Assembly: GCA_023231475.1 (NCBI GenBank)
Contig: JALJEE010002282.1
Coordinates: forward strand, 1 to 64,000
DNA: 64,000 nucleotides
From: Seison nebaliae
Lineage: Eukaryota
Reading direction: 5' to 3'
Part shown: piece after piece, positions 1 to 9,821 of the stretch
How positions within the stretch are numbered: the stretch's first letter is position 1
Layout of the letters: each line of letters begins with the position of its first letter
The notes under the pieces: generated by a model
What the model was told of the DNA's origin: nothing
Seen by the model: the letters and a program-made list of their open reading frames with translations, nothing else
Databases searched by the model: none
Translations under genes and position numbers: made by a program

Positions 1-400
1 ATGAGATAGATCACTGTACATGTTATCAGTGATAAGTTTTCAAAAAACCTACGTCGATTTTATCTCTTAAGTGATCAAAATAATTGAACAAGTGATAAAA
101 AATAGGTTTAAGACAAATCTATATTCTTCCAAGATCCAATGCGCTTATCGTTCCAATTGTAGAGGCACTATGCCGATACGTTTGCTGCTGAAGTACTTTA
201 TTTCGTTCGGCCGTTCCGTCAACTCGAAATTCATATTCGATTTTATTCATGCGTCGAAGGCGTTGGATTCAGTGAGCATGTGTCATGGTAGGAGAGTGTT
301 GTACGTCGTGCAACACTATAGTATATATGCTTAAATAAATTTAAAATTTTCTAGAAATATTCCGTTTGCCGCTTTCTTCAAAACAACGAATGATAAGAGA

Positions 401-510
401 TTTGGCTACGTTCCAGATCAAAAAAAATATTTGGCTACATTCCAAGTGAAAAACAAAGATTTGGCTACGTTTCAAATGCTTTTTTTTAAAAAAAATTTGG
501 CTACATTCCC
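401..510. repeat. Degenerate tandem repeat, 4 copies of TTTGGCTAC(G/A)TT(C/T)C with period 29-36 nt
   Basis: Copies start at 401, 430, 460 and 496, separated by A/T-rich spacers. Confidence 0.75.
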
Positions 511-951
511 GTTACGAGTAAAGTTACTAAAGTAAAATGATTCTGAAATAAGAAAATAAAGGAAAATACAAGAAGTGTTTTCGTTTTTTCAACTAAAAAA
601 TAAAAAGTTCTTTTTTAATTTCTTTTCCTTGTAGTTTCCACTCTATTTCATCGTAGTTCATCTATTTCTTCAAGTATTTTCCGGAATTCGGTCTTTGGTC
701 AATTTGATTGATAATAAGTCATCAGGAATATAGGTTTGAAAACATTCTTATATTCTGTTTTATAATATTTCTCATAGTTCACAACTTTTTCCGGACACTT
801 TCAAAAGTTCGACATAAATTTAACTTAAATTAATTATGTGAAAACATTTCAAAGTAATAGGATATGAGATACGATCTAGTAAAAGTTCTACAAAATATTT
901 GCTAGCATAAAAAAGTGCGTTTTCGGTGTTAGTTTGTACTGGAACAGTGAA

Positions 952-1425
952 ATGAAGTTTTTTCTAATTTTAGTATTATTATTCTTTTAATATTCCTTAA
1001 AGTCTTACGAATACTACTGCAGCACCAGGTTGATGTTACCGATTTACGTTTAATAAACGACAATTTAATAACATATTTTAGAATTATTAGGATTATTGAA
1101 ATATTTTGACAGTTATATTTCAATTTCAGTCATATTATTAATTTTTTAAGTTAGCAAATCGACAAAAGAGCAGCAAAGATGGATCATTATTGTTATAGGT
1201 GTTTCTGCTTCCATATTTCTGGTTCTCCTTGGGTGGTTAACTGGAGCACATTTGAATAAAGACAAGCGAAGAAAAACTAGATCATTAGAGTTGCTTTTCT
1301 TAATTTATTCAAGTCTATTGTTCGATATAATCATCAGAGCTCTCGTTCCTGAAGATGTGTCTCAGACAATGAAAAATACAGATACTTCTCTTTTGGCACC
1401 TACGGCTGTTACTTCATATGTTTAA
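952..1425 (+). CDS. Small single-pass membrane protein, 5 exons, C-terminal SYV motif (not in ORF track)
   Basis: Exons 952-956, 1003-1028, 1082-1111, 1151-1289, 1338-1425 join in frame via four GT-AG introns (46, 53, 39, 48 nt): MNLTNTTAAPELLGLLKYFDISKSTKEQQRWIIIVIGVSASIFLVLLGWLTGAHLNKDKRRKTRSLEALVPEDVSQTMKNTDTSLLAPTAVTSYV*. Hydrophobic segment followed by basic KDKRRK. Confidence 0.6.
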
Positions 1426-1606
1426 CAAACTCATTTGTACTACTTTTAAAAAATTTGAAATAATTTCGACGAAAACGGAGAAGATTTTGATGTGAACTTA
1501 AAAAAAATGAATGATAACTTAATGAGTTTTATTTACAACAATTAAAATTACAAAGAAAAAATGTTCATTTTGAAGATGAAAAGTTTTCCCTAAAAAAAGT
1601 CAACGA

Positions 1607-3355
1607 TCAATTGTTCGTTTTTCTCGTTAAAGTTATTTGAGGTGATGCTTGCAACATGATATTTTTAGTAGAGAATCTACTTCTTCTTCCTAAAACGACT
1701 GGCGTTGGTGGGATTGTATCATTCTCTTCTTTCTCAATAACTTCTTTGGATGTTTTTGGTCGTGCGGGTGATGCAAATAAATCCGGTCTCAATTTCCGTT
1801 TCATTGATAATGGAGTCATCGATATTGGTTGAGTAGTGAGTATTGATTTCATTGGTGATGATGTTAATAAATTCGAATCAGATTCATTACAATTTCCTAA
1901 GTTATCCATATTTAATGTGGTGGTCTTTTTTGGAATAATATTTGAAAATAATTTTTTCTTGATATTTCTCGATTGGACAATTGGCGATTGTATTAATAAT
2001 AATGATTCGTCAACAATTGGTTGATCGTCATTCGTCTTATTCTTCTTTACAGATGACGTTGCCATAACTGCATTTAATTGAGATTTTTGTGGTGATTGAA
2101 ATAATTTCTTGGAACATTGACTCTTCATTTTGGGTCGTTTTCTCGGTAAATTCGACGGTGATTTCAATGCGGATAATGGATCGAAAGAATATTCGTTACT
2201 TTTATTCGGTGTCATTTCGGCATTTAACGAGAATGTGGGACTACGGAACACTTCTTCGAAAAACCGTTTTTTTGTCGTTTTGATGGTTTTTGAAAGTCGA
2301 ATATTCTCCTTATTCTCATTCTTTAACGAATAGGATTTTTTCATTTTATTCGACAATGTCATTTTCAAACATTTCGCATATACACTGTTTCTTTTAATGA
2401 TGGTTTGGGGTGGTGAAATGGTCACTTCTTTTCCAATTTTTTTACTCTGTTCATTGAGATAAGCTCCGAATGCCGAATTCATAGAGAAGATCTCTTTCTT
2501 CCCTCCCGTCGATTCGGAAGTCTCTTCATCCTCATCAATTTCATTATCTGCTTTCTCTTCTAAATCATCTTCATTATTTTCGTCGATTTTTTCTAAAAGA
2601 AAATCTTTGTTTAGAATCGGATGATTCGCTTCTTCTGATCCTTCTAAAATCGATGGGAAGGTATTGGTATAAAATTGATTTTTAGTTTTCTCTTTCATTT
2701 GATCATTACGTGATGGATTCATACATTTGGTCATTAGACTTTCCTCATCCATCGTCAGCAAAGAAGTTGACGGAAATTTATTATTGATCGGAGTTTCAGG
2801 AATCCGAATTTCTTTCTCTTTCTTCTTCTGTCCATCACCAGCGAAAAGTTGTTTCTTTTTAATTTTCCGTTGTATCGATGCACAACGTTTCTTATGTTCC
2901 GGTGTATCATCAATTCGTCTTTTTAATCGATATTTGGGTGTTGTCGGTTTAGGTGGTGGTTGTGTCGATTTTTTCGTTTTTATTTGAACATTTAAACTGG
3001 AAGAATTTTGAATTAACGATTCGTTTCTTGAGAGACATTTTTTCGTTTTACTTATACTATTCGATGAACAATTGGAGAAGGTGGAGATGTTGAGTGAATC
3101 ATCCGTTCCGTTTTGGAAAGAATCTTCATTTTGTGATATTCCTAAAATCTCCATTGCTCTCGATGTCTTTTCACGTTTTGTTAAACGCTCGTTATTTTTC
3201 CGTTTTTGAACAGAATTTTTGAAATCTTTCATAGCATCAGCTAAATTCATGGTATTCTGTCGAGACAACTTCACTTTCTCTTTCGACGGCACATTCTTCT
3301 TTTTATCTTTCCCAATCTTACATGCGACAGTACGACGACGTTTTATTGTATTCAT
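1607..3355 (-). CDS. Intronless 582-aa Lys/Ser/Thr-rich disordered protein with many S/T-P sites; probable nuclear cell-cycle protein, family unassigned
   Basis: Long uninterrupted ORF in AT-rich DNA; basic NLS-like clusters; more than ten SP/TP motifs; several KxLF motifs. Confidence 0.75.
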   Translation of the reverse strand: MNTIKRRRTVACKIGKDKKKNVPSKEKVKLSRQNTMNLADAMKDFKNSVQKRKNNERLTKREKTSRAMEILGISQNEDSFQNGTDDSLNISTFSNCSSNSISKTKKCLSRNESLIQNSSSLNVQIKTKKSTQPPPKPTTPKYRLKRRIDDTPEHKKRCASIQRKIKKKQLFAGDGQKKKEKEIRIPETPINNKFPSTSLLTMDEESLMTKCMNPSRNDQMKEKTKNQFYTNTFPSILEGSEEANHPILNKDFLLEKIDENNEDDLEEKADNEIDEDEETSESTGGKKEIFSMNSAFGAYLNEQSKKIGKEVTISPPQTIIKRNSVYAKCLKMTLSNKMKKSYSLKNENKENIRLSKTIKTTKKRFFEEVFRSPTFSLNAEMTPNKSNEYSFDPLSALKSPSNLPRKRPKMKSQCSKKLFQSPQKSQLNAVMATSSVKKNKTNDDQPIVDESLLLIQSPIVQSRNIKKKLFSNIIPKKTTTLNMDNLGNCNESDSNLLTSSPMKSILTTQPISMTPLSMKRKLRPDLFASPARPKTSKEVIEKEENDTIPPTPVVLGRRSRFSTKNIMLQASPQITLTRKTNN

Positions 3356-3913
3356 TCACACAAATTTCTGTATTTTCTATTGAAGAATTAATAGAAATAA
3401 AAAAATTTTCAGCTTAATTTTAGATATGTGGAAATAACTTCTTTCTCACCAACACTGCCTATTAATCATATAATATTTTTCTATGGTACAATTTTGGTAC
3501 AACGAAATTAGTCATTCGTTTCTGATCGATCAATTATCAAGTTATTAATCAATTTATTGATTTCTTAATCAATGCCTGAAAAAAAAAATTTGAATTAATT
3601 GGATAATTTTTTTCTATCCATTTCACGCACACTAATATATTGAACAAATAGTTTTCATTATTTGTCTAAAATTTATTATCATTTTATTTGAAAAAAAAAT
3701 TTATTAATTTTCCCTTCGGAATTGTCTTACAAAATTACTTAAGACCATAAAACATTGAAGAGGCAACGAAAAGTTTTGTTGTGTATTGAAAAGAAGAAGA
3801 TAAAGAATGAGAGAAATAACTTTGGTTTTGGAATCAGAAAGTGAACCGATCGGGAAGGTGATAGGCAATGGTGAAATTGTTTATAAAAACGAATACAGCT
3901 GTGACTAATTATT

Positions 3914-4180
3914 TAATTGTCGATTAGTGTCGGCATCTGTCCGTCACCAGATGTGTACACAAATTTATTTTGCTCTTTGTATCGTGGAGATGAGGAAGGA
4001 GAAATTCTTGAAACTTTTTTTTGTTGATGAATCATAGTTCACTGGTCGAGTTGACATTATCTGTCTTGTTTATATTTGAGTTAAGAGGAGATGGAAAATA
4101 AGATTTATTAGCTACGTTAAACTCGATGAATCAGCATCGTAAAATAGATGTAAGAATGAAAACAGTATAAAAAGTTCCAT
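3914..4180 (-). CDS. Possible small secreted peptide, about 3 exons (tentative model)
   Basis: ATG at 4180 opens MELFILFSFLHLFYDADSSSL (signal-like). Two short GT-AG introns keep the frame to ...KQNKFVYTSGDGQMPTLIDN*. 3' structure is ambiguous and end coordinate approximate. Confidence 0.3.
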
Positions 4181-4251
4181 CCTAATTTGATTCCGCTAGT
4201 TATTTTTGTCACTTCTACTTTTCTCGTTCGAATATCAAATTTTACAACGCT

Positions 4252-5157
4252 ATGTCACCTACACAAGATCAATATACATATTCTTTTAGTAAAACTAAAA
4301 AAGAGAATGGTTTCGAAGAAATCACTGAAACATTCACTGTACAAGGTGAAGAAGCGAAGAAGGTTTTTCTTTAAGGAATTTGCAGCATTTCCAATTTGAA
4401 TTAAATTAGAAATATATCAGACAAGATTTTCGATTATCAGAGAAATTAGCAAATACCGAAATTTCGCCAGTTTCCTTCTTTACTAGAACAACAGGGAAAA
4501 TTCGGAAACAAGTTCTACTGATTATTAAAGTATCTGTTAACTGCAATTTCAGTAGAATCAACAAATTACACAAAATGTTAATTTTGATGAGAATCCTGAC
4601 AATTCTAGCACCTTATCCCAATTCCGTAATGATATGATAAATCAACACAATTTATTAAGACGACTCCACAGTGCAAAGTCGTTAAGGATTAGTAATGATC
4701 TGAACGATTTGGCACAGAAGTGGGCGGATTATCAGGCGAAACATAAATGTTTCAAACATTCCAATTACAGTTATCGAAATAAACCGGTAGGAGAGAATAT
4801 TTTATATTCACAATCTAGTTCCAATAATTTTATGAATGGTTTCAATTATTAATTTAATTTTTGTTAAATAATTAAATTTAAATTATAATAATTTTAACAT
4901 AAATTATTTTTAATTTAATTAATCAATTGACAGGTATCAAGGCAACTGATTCATGGTATGAAGAAATTGCCAATCATCGCTTTGAAGACTCACAAATGAA
5001 CACAGGACATTTCACTCAAGTGGTGTGGAAAAGTTCCGAATATATCGGGATTGGTCGAGCAGTGAATGATTCACATGAATGTTATATCGTCGCTGTATAT
5101 TTTCCTGCTGGTAATGTTATTCGTCATTTCAAAGACAACGTCTCACCAAAACAGTAA
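4252..5157 (+). CDS. CAP/SCP domain protein (GAPR-1/GLIPR2-like) with N-terminal extension, paralog 1
   Basis: Exons 4252-4362, 4410-4511, 4556-4838, 4934-5157 are in frame. Motifs HNLLRRLH, FKHS, GENI, WYEE, GHFTQVVWK, YFPAGN. Confidence 0.85.
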
Positions 5158-5486
5158 AAAAAATTTCATAATTCATTCCCATCATTAAGGTGACCATCAA
5201 TTGATGATTAACATCGAGGTACATCCACTATTGAATGACTATAGTTTCCTAGAAAATATTATACAGATAAAATAAACTTTCTATTGTTATGACTAATTTA
5301 GTAACTACTTTCATTTTTCTCCGTCACTTCACCAATGATAACATACCAATTTTATGTGATAAGGTTTGATAAATCATTTCATTTGACATTGGCCATATTT
5401 CCGACGGTTTAAACTTTATTCTCTTCCAAACTGATCGACTATTATTATGAAAACATTTTGTTGAATTATTTCAATTTGGAGAAAAG

Positions 5487-6019
5487 ATGGGAAAGGAAAA
5501 GAATAAATTAAGAAATTTCCGGAGAGAAATGTTAGAGGCACATAATATTTATCGAAATCGTCATCGTGCTCCATCACTGACAATGAGTAAAGACTTGACA
5601 AGAATAGCACAAACATACGCGGAAATTTTGGCCGATCAGAACTATATGAAACATTCAAATAATCGATGGAAAGAGAAGACGATTGGAGAGAATTTGGCCA
5701 TGTTCTATTCCGGAAGAAATAACGAATATACAGGTAAAATGAATAATTTTTTTTTTGAAATTTAATTTACAAATTTTAAGGACTATATGCAACTAATCAA
5801 TGGTATTCGGAAGTTGAGGTTTATAGTTTCAAGAACTTTTTCAAACACAAATGTGGACACTTCTCTCAACTGATTTGGAAGAGTTCAAGATTGATCGGAA
5901 TCGGTTGTGCACAATCGAAAGATGGAATTTGGTACGCTGTCGCTAATTACTTCCCACCCGGTAACTTTATTGGGAAGTTTCAAGAGAATGTCATTGGAGC
6001 GCCACCCGTCGAATATTGA
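5487..6019 (+). CDS. CAP/SCP domain protein (GAPR-1/GLIPR2-like), paralog 2
   Basis: Exons 5487-5733 and 5781-6019 (47-nt phase-1 intron). MGK start as in GAPR-1; HNIYRNRH, MKHS, GENLA, WYSE, GHFSQLIWK, NYFPPGN. Confidence 0.9.
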
Positions 6020-6299
6020 AAGATAATAGAAATTATGAATTATACGATTATCTTAATGATATAACCACCAAGAATATTTTATTAGATTAGAAAATGATTT
6101 TAATGATGATCGTTTAATGGAAGGAAATTGATATATTCTTTTCTTCTACATTTCTCCCTTATCCACCATTCAAAGAAAATTTTGTCCTCATTATTCAAAT
6201 AATTTGAATAGTCATGTGAGTCATGTTTATGACGTCATTCAATGATCATTCATAGTCGATAAAGAGTGGAAGTGAGAAAGAGTGAAAATCCTTTTCATT

Positions 6300-6989
6300 A
6301 TGAACATATTTCATCATATTCTCATATTTTTTGCCCATATCTTCAATAAACTCCTTGCATATTACCGAAAACTATTTAAGAAAGTTTCCTTTTCCTAACA
6401 ATTGAAAAATTAAGTTTTATTTTCTCAAAGTCCCCCAATACCAGATTTAAGGAAACTCTTCATGATAATGAGTTGGTGTTTTTCCGGAGGGAAATTATCA
6501 AATATCATAATGATTATCGAAGGAAACATGGAGCGAATGATTTGATCATATTAGATCAATTGTCTGAATTGGCACAAGCGGAAGCTAATCGAAACGCAGC
6601 GAACGAATGTGATGATCTTTCCAATCGGATCGTATTTGATGGTAATGAATATGGTGTCAATTCTAGTGTAATTTCTCATGAACATCGTAAAACACGTTCA
6701 TCTTAAAATACTTGAAAATAATATTTCTAATTCTAAATATATAGCACATATGGTGGTGAGAGAATGGTATAACGAAATTTTTATACATTCCTTCCAAAAT
6801 GACTATCAAGAAAATACAACAAAATTTACCCAAATTGTTTGGAAGGGAACACAATACGTTGGAATAGGTACATCAATGTCACCAAATAGTAATTGGTATG
6901 TCGTCGTTTTATACAGTCCGAGAGGTCTCGTTCCCGACAAATATAAGGAGAATGTGGAAGAGAGAAAAAAACGTTGTATAATTGCATGA
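6300..6989 (+). CDS. Divergent CAP/SCP domain protein, paralog 3, C-terminal RKKRCIIA
   Basis: Exons 6300-6383, 6431-6695, 6745-6989. HNDYRRKH, WYNE, FTQIVWK, YSPRG. Phase-1 intron at the position homologous to paralogs 1 and 2. Confidence 0.8.
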
Positions 6990-7259
6990 TAAACGGAAAA
7001 AAAAACTATTTAATCTATTTCATGTAGTAAGACTTCCGGTTCATCTCAATATTCAGATTGATATCATTCTTATTAAATTTCAATGAAAAAAACGTTTTGT
7101 GAAGAAAATAAGGAAATGAGTTGAATGTAAGATAAGATTTAATGTCTGAACGGATTGCTCATTAGAGTTTCATTGTTACATGTCTACTTTGTCGAGACCG
7201 GGATATCTTTACAAATTAATGATTCTGGACAAATTTTTATTTTTGCAATTCTGAAAAAA

Positions 7260-7632
7260 ATGAGTCCAACTAAATTCATCAATCCAGTTTGGGAAGATAC
7301 TGAATCTTTCGATTTATCTCCAGATCTCTCAAGTAAGAAGATGATCGGAATGATAGTCGGATTAGTCTTATCCGTCTTAGCAATCATCTTCTTCTTCTTG
7401 ATGTGTTTGGCAGCTAGCAAGAATGTACAATTATGTTATCTCTTATCAAATACAAGGCGTTATTCTTTTTCTTCCCTCTGCAAATTCTCAATTTTCATTT
7501 ATAGTTTGTAAAATTTTGACTTGTTGCAATTGTGTCAATTTGTGCAATCGATGTGCACCATTTAAAATTCGTACCGAGCGATTGTTGGATAACATCGAAA
7601 GATATCAAAATCAAAGACAATGTTTCCGTTAA
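7260..7632 (+). CDS. Small single-pass membrane protein with Cys-rich cytoplasmic segment
   Basis: Exons 7260-7458 and 7505-7632 (46-nt GT-AG intron, phase 1). TM MIGMIVGLVLSVLAIIFFFLMCLA, then ...LCKILTCCNCVNLCNRC... Confidence 0.6.
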
Positions 7633-7965
7633 ACTTCAATTCATTTTAAAAGAATCAAAACTAAATCTATTTCCATATTATCTTCACTTAAAATTTTCTA
7701 ATAAAAAGAAATCATTTATCTCTTTAATCATAAAATTTCCTTTAACATTCAAAAAACGAATTACGACATTAACCAAAGGATAAAGCAGATATTAGATAAA
7801 TAAATATGTTCTATTTTAACTATTACTATTCTAACAATTTAAATTTTTTTAATAAATTGAAATTTTAAAATTTAAGAAATTAAAGAAGAATTTGTACAGG
7901 AAAGATGTTATTTGTTCAAATTATCGTTCAAAAATTCAATGTAAAATACCATCAAAAATTAATAT

Positions 7966-8435
7966 TTATCGAAACAATGTTAGTGCCATAACTGAAAACA
8001 TAAAGAAAGAATTTACAGACAACGTCGAAGATTTGTCAAATCCTAGCCCATCATCGCCACCTGGAGCACCTCCGGCACCACCACCGCCGCCCGGTGGTTG
8101 TTGATCGGGACATCCTCGCATGATATGTCGTTTACGTAAATTACCACCACATGATCGTCGATATCGTAATTGAGCGAGTTTGGGTTCTTTCAATTTCAAA
8201 TAATTTCTTACATCTTCCACATTGAATAAAGGTCTAATAATAATTTTTCATAGTTACTGTTAACAAAATCTTTAAAACTAACACATTATTATGTATTTCT
8301 GGTTTCAATTCTTTTTCGCTGATACTTTTCGATTGGACTAAAAGTGTCAAAGATGAGAATAAGTTAAAGAAAGAGAAGTTGGAAACTTGTCAAAAAAGTT
8401 ACGGAAACAGTTAAAAGAAATAGGAATAAATTCAT
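7966..8435 (-). CDS. Small secreted/GPI-type precursor, paralog A (signal peptide, RYRR and RKR sites, Cys pair, Gly-rich linker, hydrophobic C-terminus)
   Basis: Exons 8435-8387, 8337-8283, 8233-7966 give MNLFLFLLTVSVTFLTIQSKSISEKELKPEIHNNVPLFNVEDVRNYLKLKEPKLAQLRYRRSCGGNLRKRHIMRGCPDQQPPGGGGGAGG...SVNSFFMFSVMALTLFR*. Confidence 0.75.
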
Positions 8436-8477
8436 TTTGGAAAACAGAATAAAGATTCTTTCTTGAAATCATCTGCC

Positions 8478-8528
8478 TTTATACATCTCATTCTACTTCT
8501 TCCTCAATAATCTTATTACACGTCATTC
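8478..8528 (-). promoter_or_regulatory. TATA box plus upstream GAATGACGTGTAA element of paralog A
   Basis: Minus-strand TATAAA at 8483-8478; element at 8516-8528 recurs with one mismatch and the same spacing upstream of paralog B. Confidence 0.5.
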
Positions 8529-8774
8529 TATAATTTTCGACCAATCTTCTTTAGGCACTAGTACAATTTTAATTGGATATTAAAAATCTGTCCAAAAACT
8601 GCACACGTCAATTATTTCTGTAACGCGCACAATTTCCATTCTCATAGAACGGAACTGAAAATTGAAGAGTTGAAGAAAATTTTTATGATGATTTAATTAT
8701 GATTATTTTATTTGAAAAAAATAGTTTGTAGAAAAAGTGTAAAAAATGGGAATATTCGTTAATATGATTGAATT

Positions 8775-9216
8775 TTAATGTGATTGGAAAAAGAATACCA
8801 AAATTGGAATGAGTAAAAGTAAAATTGCGTTGAATGATTGAGAAGTAGCTGTATCCCAACCTCCACCTCCACCGCCTGCTCCTGGACTATTTCCACATCG
8901 GAAGAAGTGTCGTTTTCTTCGATTTCCACAAATTTTTCTATTTGTCATCAATTTCAATTTGGCATCTTTCTCCGCCATATATTTCTTAACATCTTCGATT
9001 CCCATAAGATTTCTTTAAAAAGAAAAAATTCTGAATAAGTAGAGAATAACAATAAAACTTTTCTGTTGGAGAATTGTCGATTTTTTTAGATTTGTCTTCA
9101 GTCACTTTCCCATCTAAATACGATAAAATGAAATTGAAAACTTTTTAAAGAATTAAATAATAACGAATGACAACGATAATTGCAAATGACACGGAAAGAA
9201 TTGTAAGTAATTTCAT
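8775..9216 (-). CDS. Small secreted/GPI-type precursor, paralog B
   Basis: Exons 9216-9165, 9113-9059, 9012-8775, with the same intron phases and 55-nt middle exon as paralog A: MKLLTILSVSFAIIVVIHGKVTEDKSKKIDNSPTEKNLMGIEDVKKYMAEKDAKLKLMTNRKICGNRRKRHFFRCGNSPGAGGGGGGWDTATSQSFNAILLLLIPILVFFFQSH*. Confidence 0.75.
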
Positions 9217-9252
9217 TATGGAAGAGTTTAACTATATTGAATTTCTCTAGTC

Positions 9253-9305
9253 TTTTATAGTCACACTCCTAAAGAAATTACCAATGATATTTTTACACAT
9301 CATTC
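9253..9305 (-). promoter_or_regulatory. TATA box plus upstream GAATGATGTGTAA element of paralog B
   Basis: Minus-strand TATAAAA at 9259-9253; element at 9293-9305. Confidence 0.5.
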
Positions 9306-9740
9306 ACTTTAGAAATTCAGTTGATCACTTCGAAAAGTAATTGGATAACGTCTTAATGATACAAATTTTCTACGGCGCAATATCTGATAAGTTGCTAATT
9401 GTTTAACTTATGTCATCAATAGAAGCTCAATACGTTAGAAGGTATTCTAGAGCTATTAGGTAAAACAAAATAATTTAAATTTAAGCTTAACTCAGATTCA
9501 GAACAAAATAATTAAATAATGAACAATTTTAGTATAAATTAAGACAATTATGGAAATTTTTAAATATTTTTAGATTCATTATTTTTATATTTCAACCGAA
9601 ATTAAGTTAGCGCAATATCTTTCTATTTTTTTCCTATATTTTTCTATTGAATATATATAGGTATATTTCGGTTGATCGATTGGTTTAATTGGTCGGATCA
9701 CAATTCAGGTATCGTTCCATCAGATACAACTGGTGCATTT

Positions 9741-9821
9741 CCAAAAAAGGTTTCATGGGGTAAAATGACACGGGGTTTTGTTCTTTGCAGCCCCGTGTCA
9801 TTGTTATGAACACCTTTATGG
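9741..9821. other. Long imperfect inverted repeat (hairpin) with a perfect 12-bp core
   Basis: AATGACACGGGG (9764-9775) pairs with CCCCGTGTCATT (9791-9802); outer AAAGGT-TTCAT pairs with ATGAA-C-ACCTTT. Confidence 0.6.

Noticed and set aside
401..510. CRISPR-like repeat-spacer appearance
   Set aside because: Eukaryotic context, 14-nt degenerate repeat, short poly-A/T spacers, no cas genes.
1..800. ORF 71-334 and coding-looking fragments on the minus strand
   Set aside because: Every frame is interrupted and no family is recognisable; possibly a relic, but not supportable.
7892..8104. Pro-rich plus-strand ORF
   Set aside because: Antisense shadow of the Gly-rich exon of GPI paralog A.
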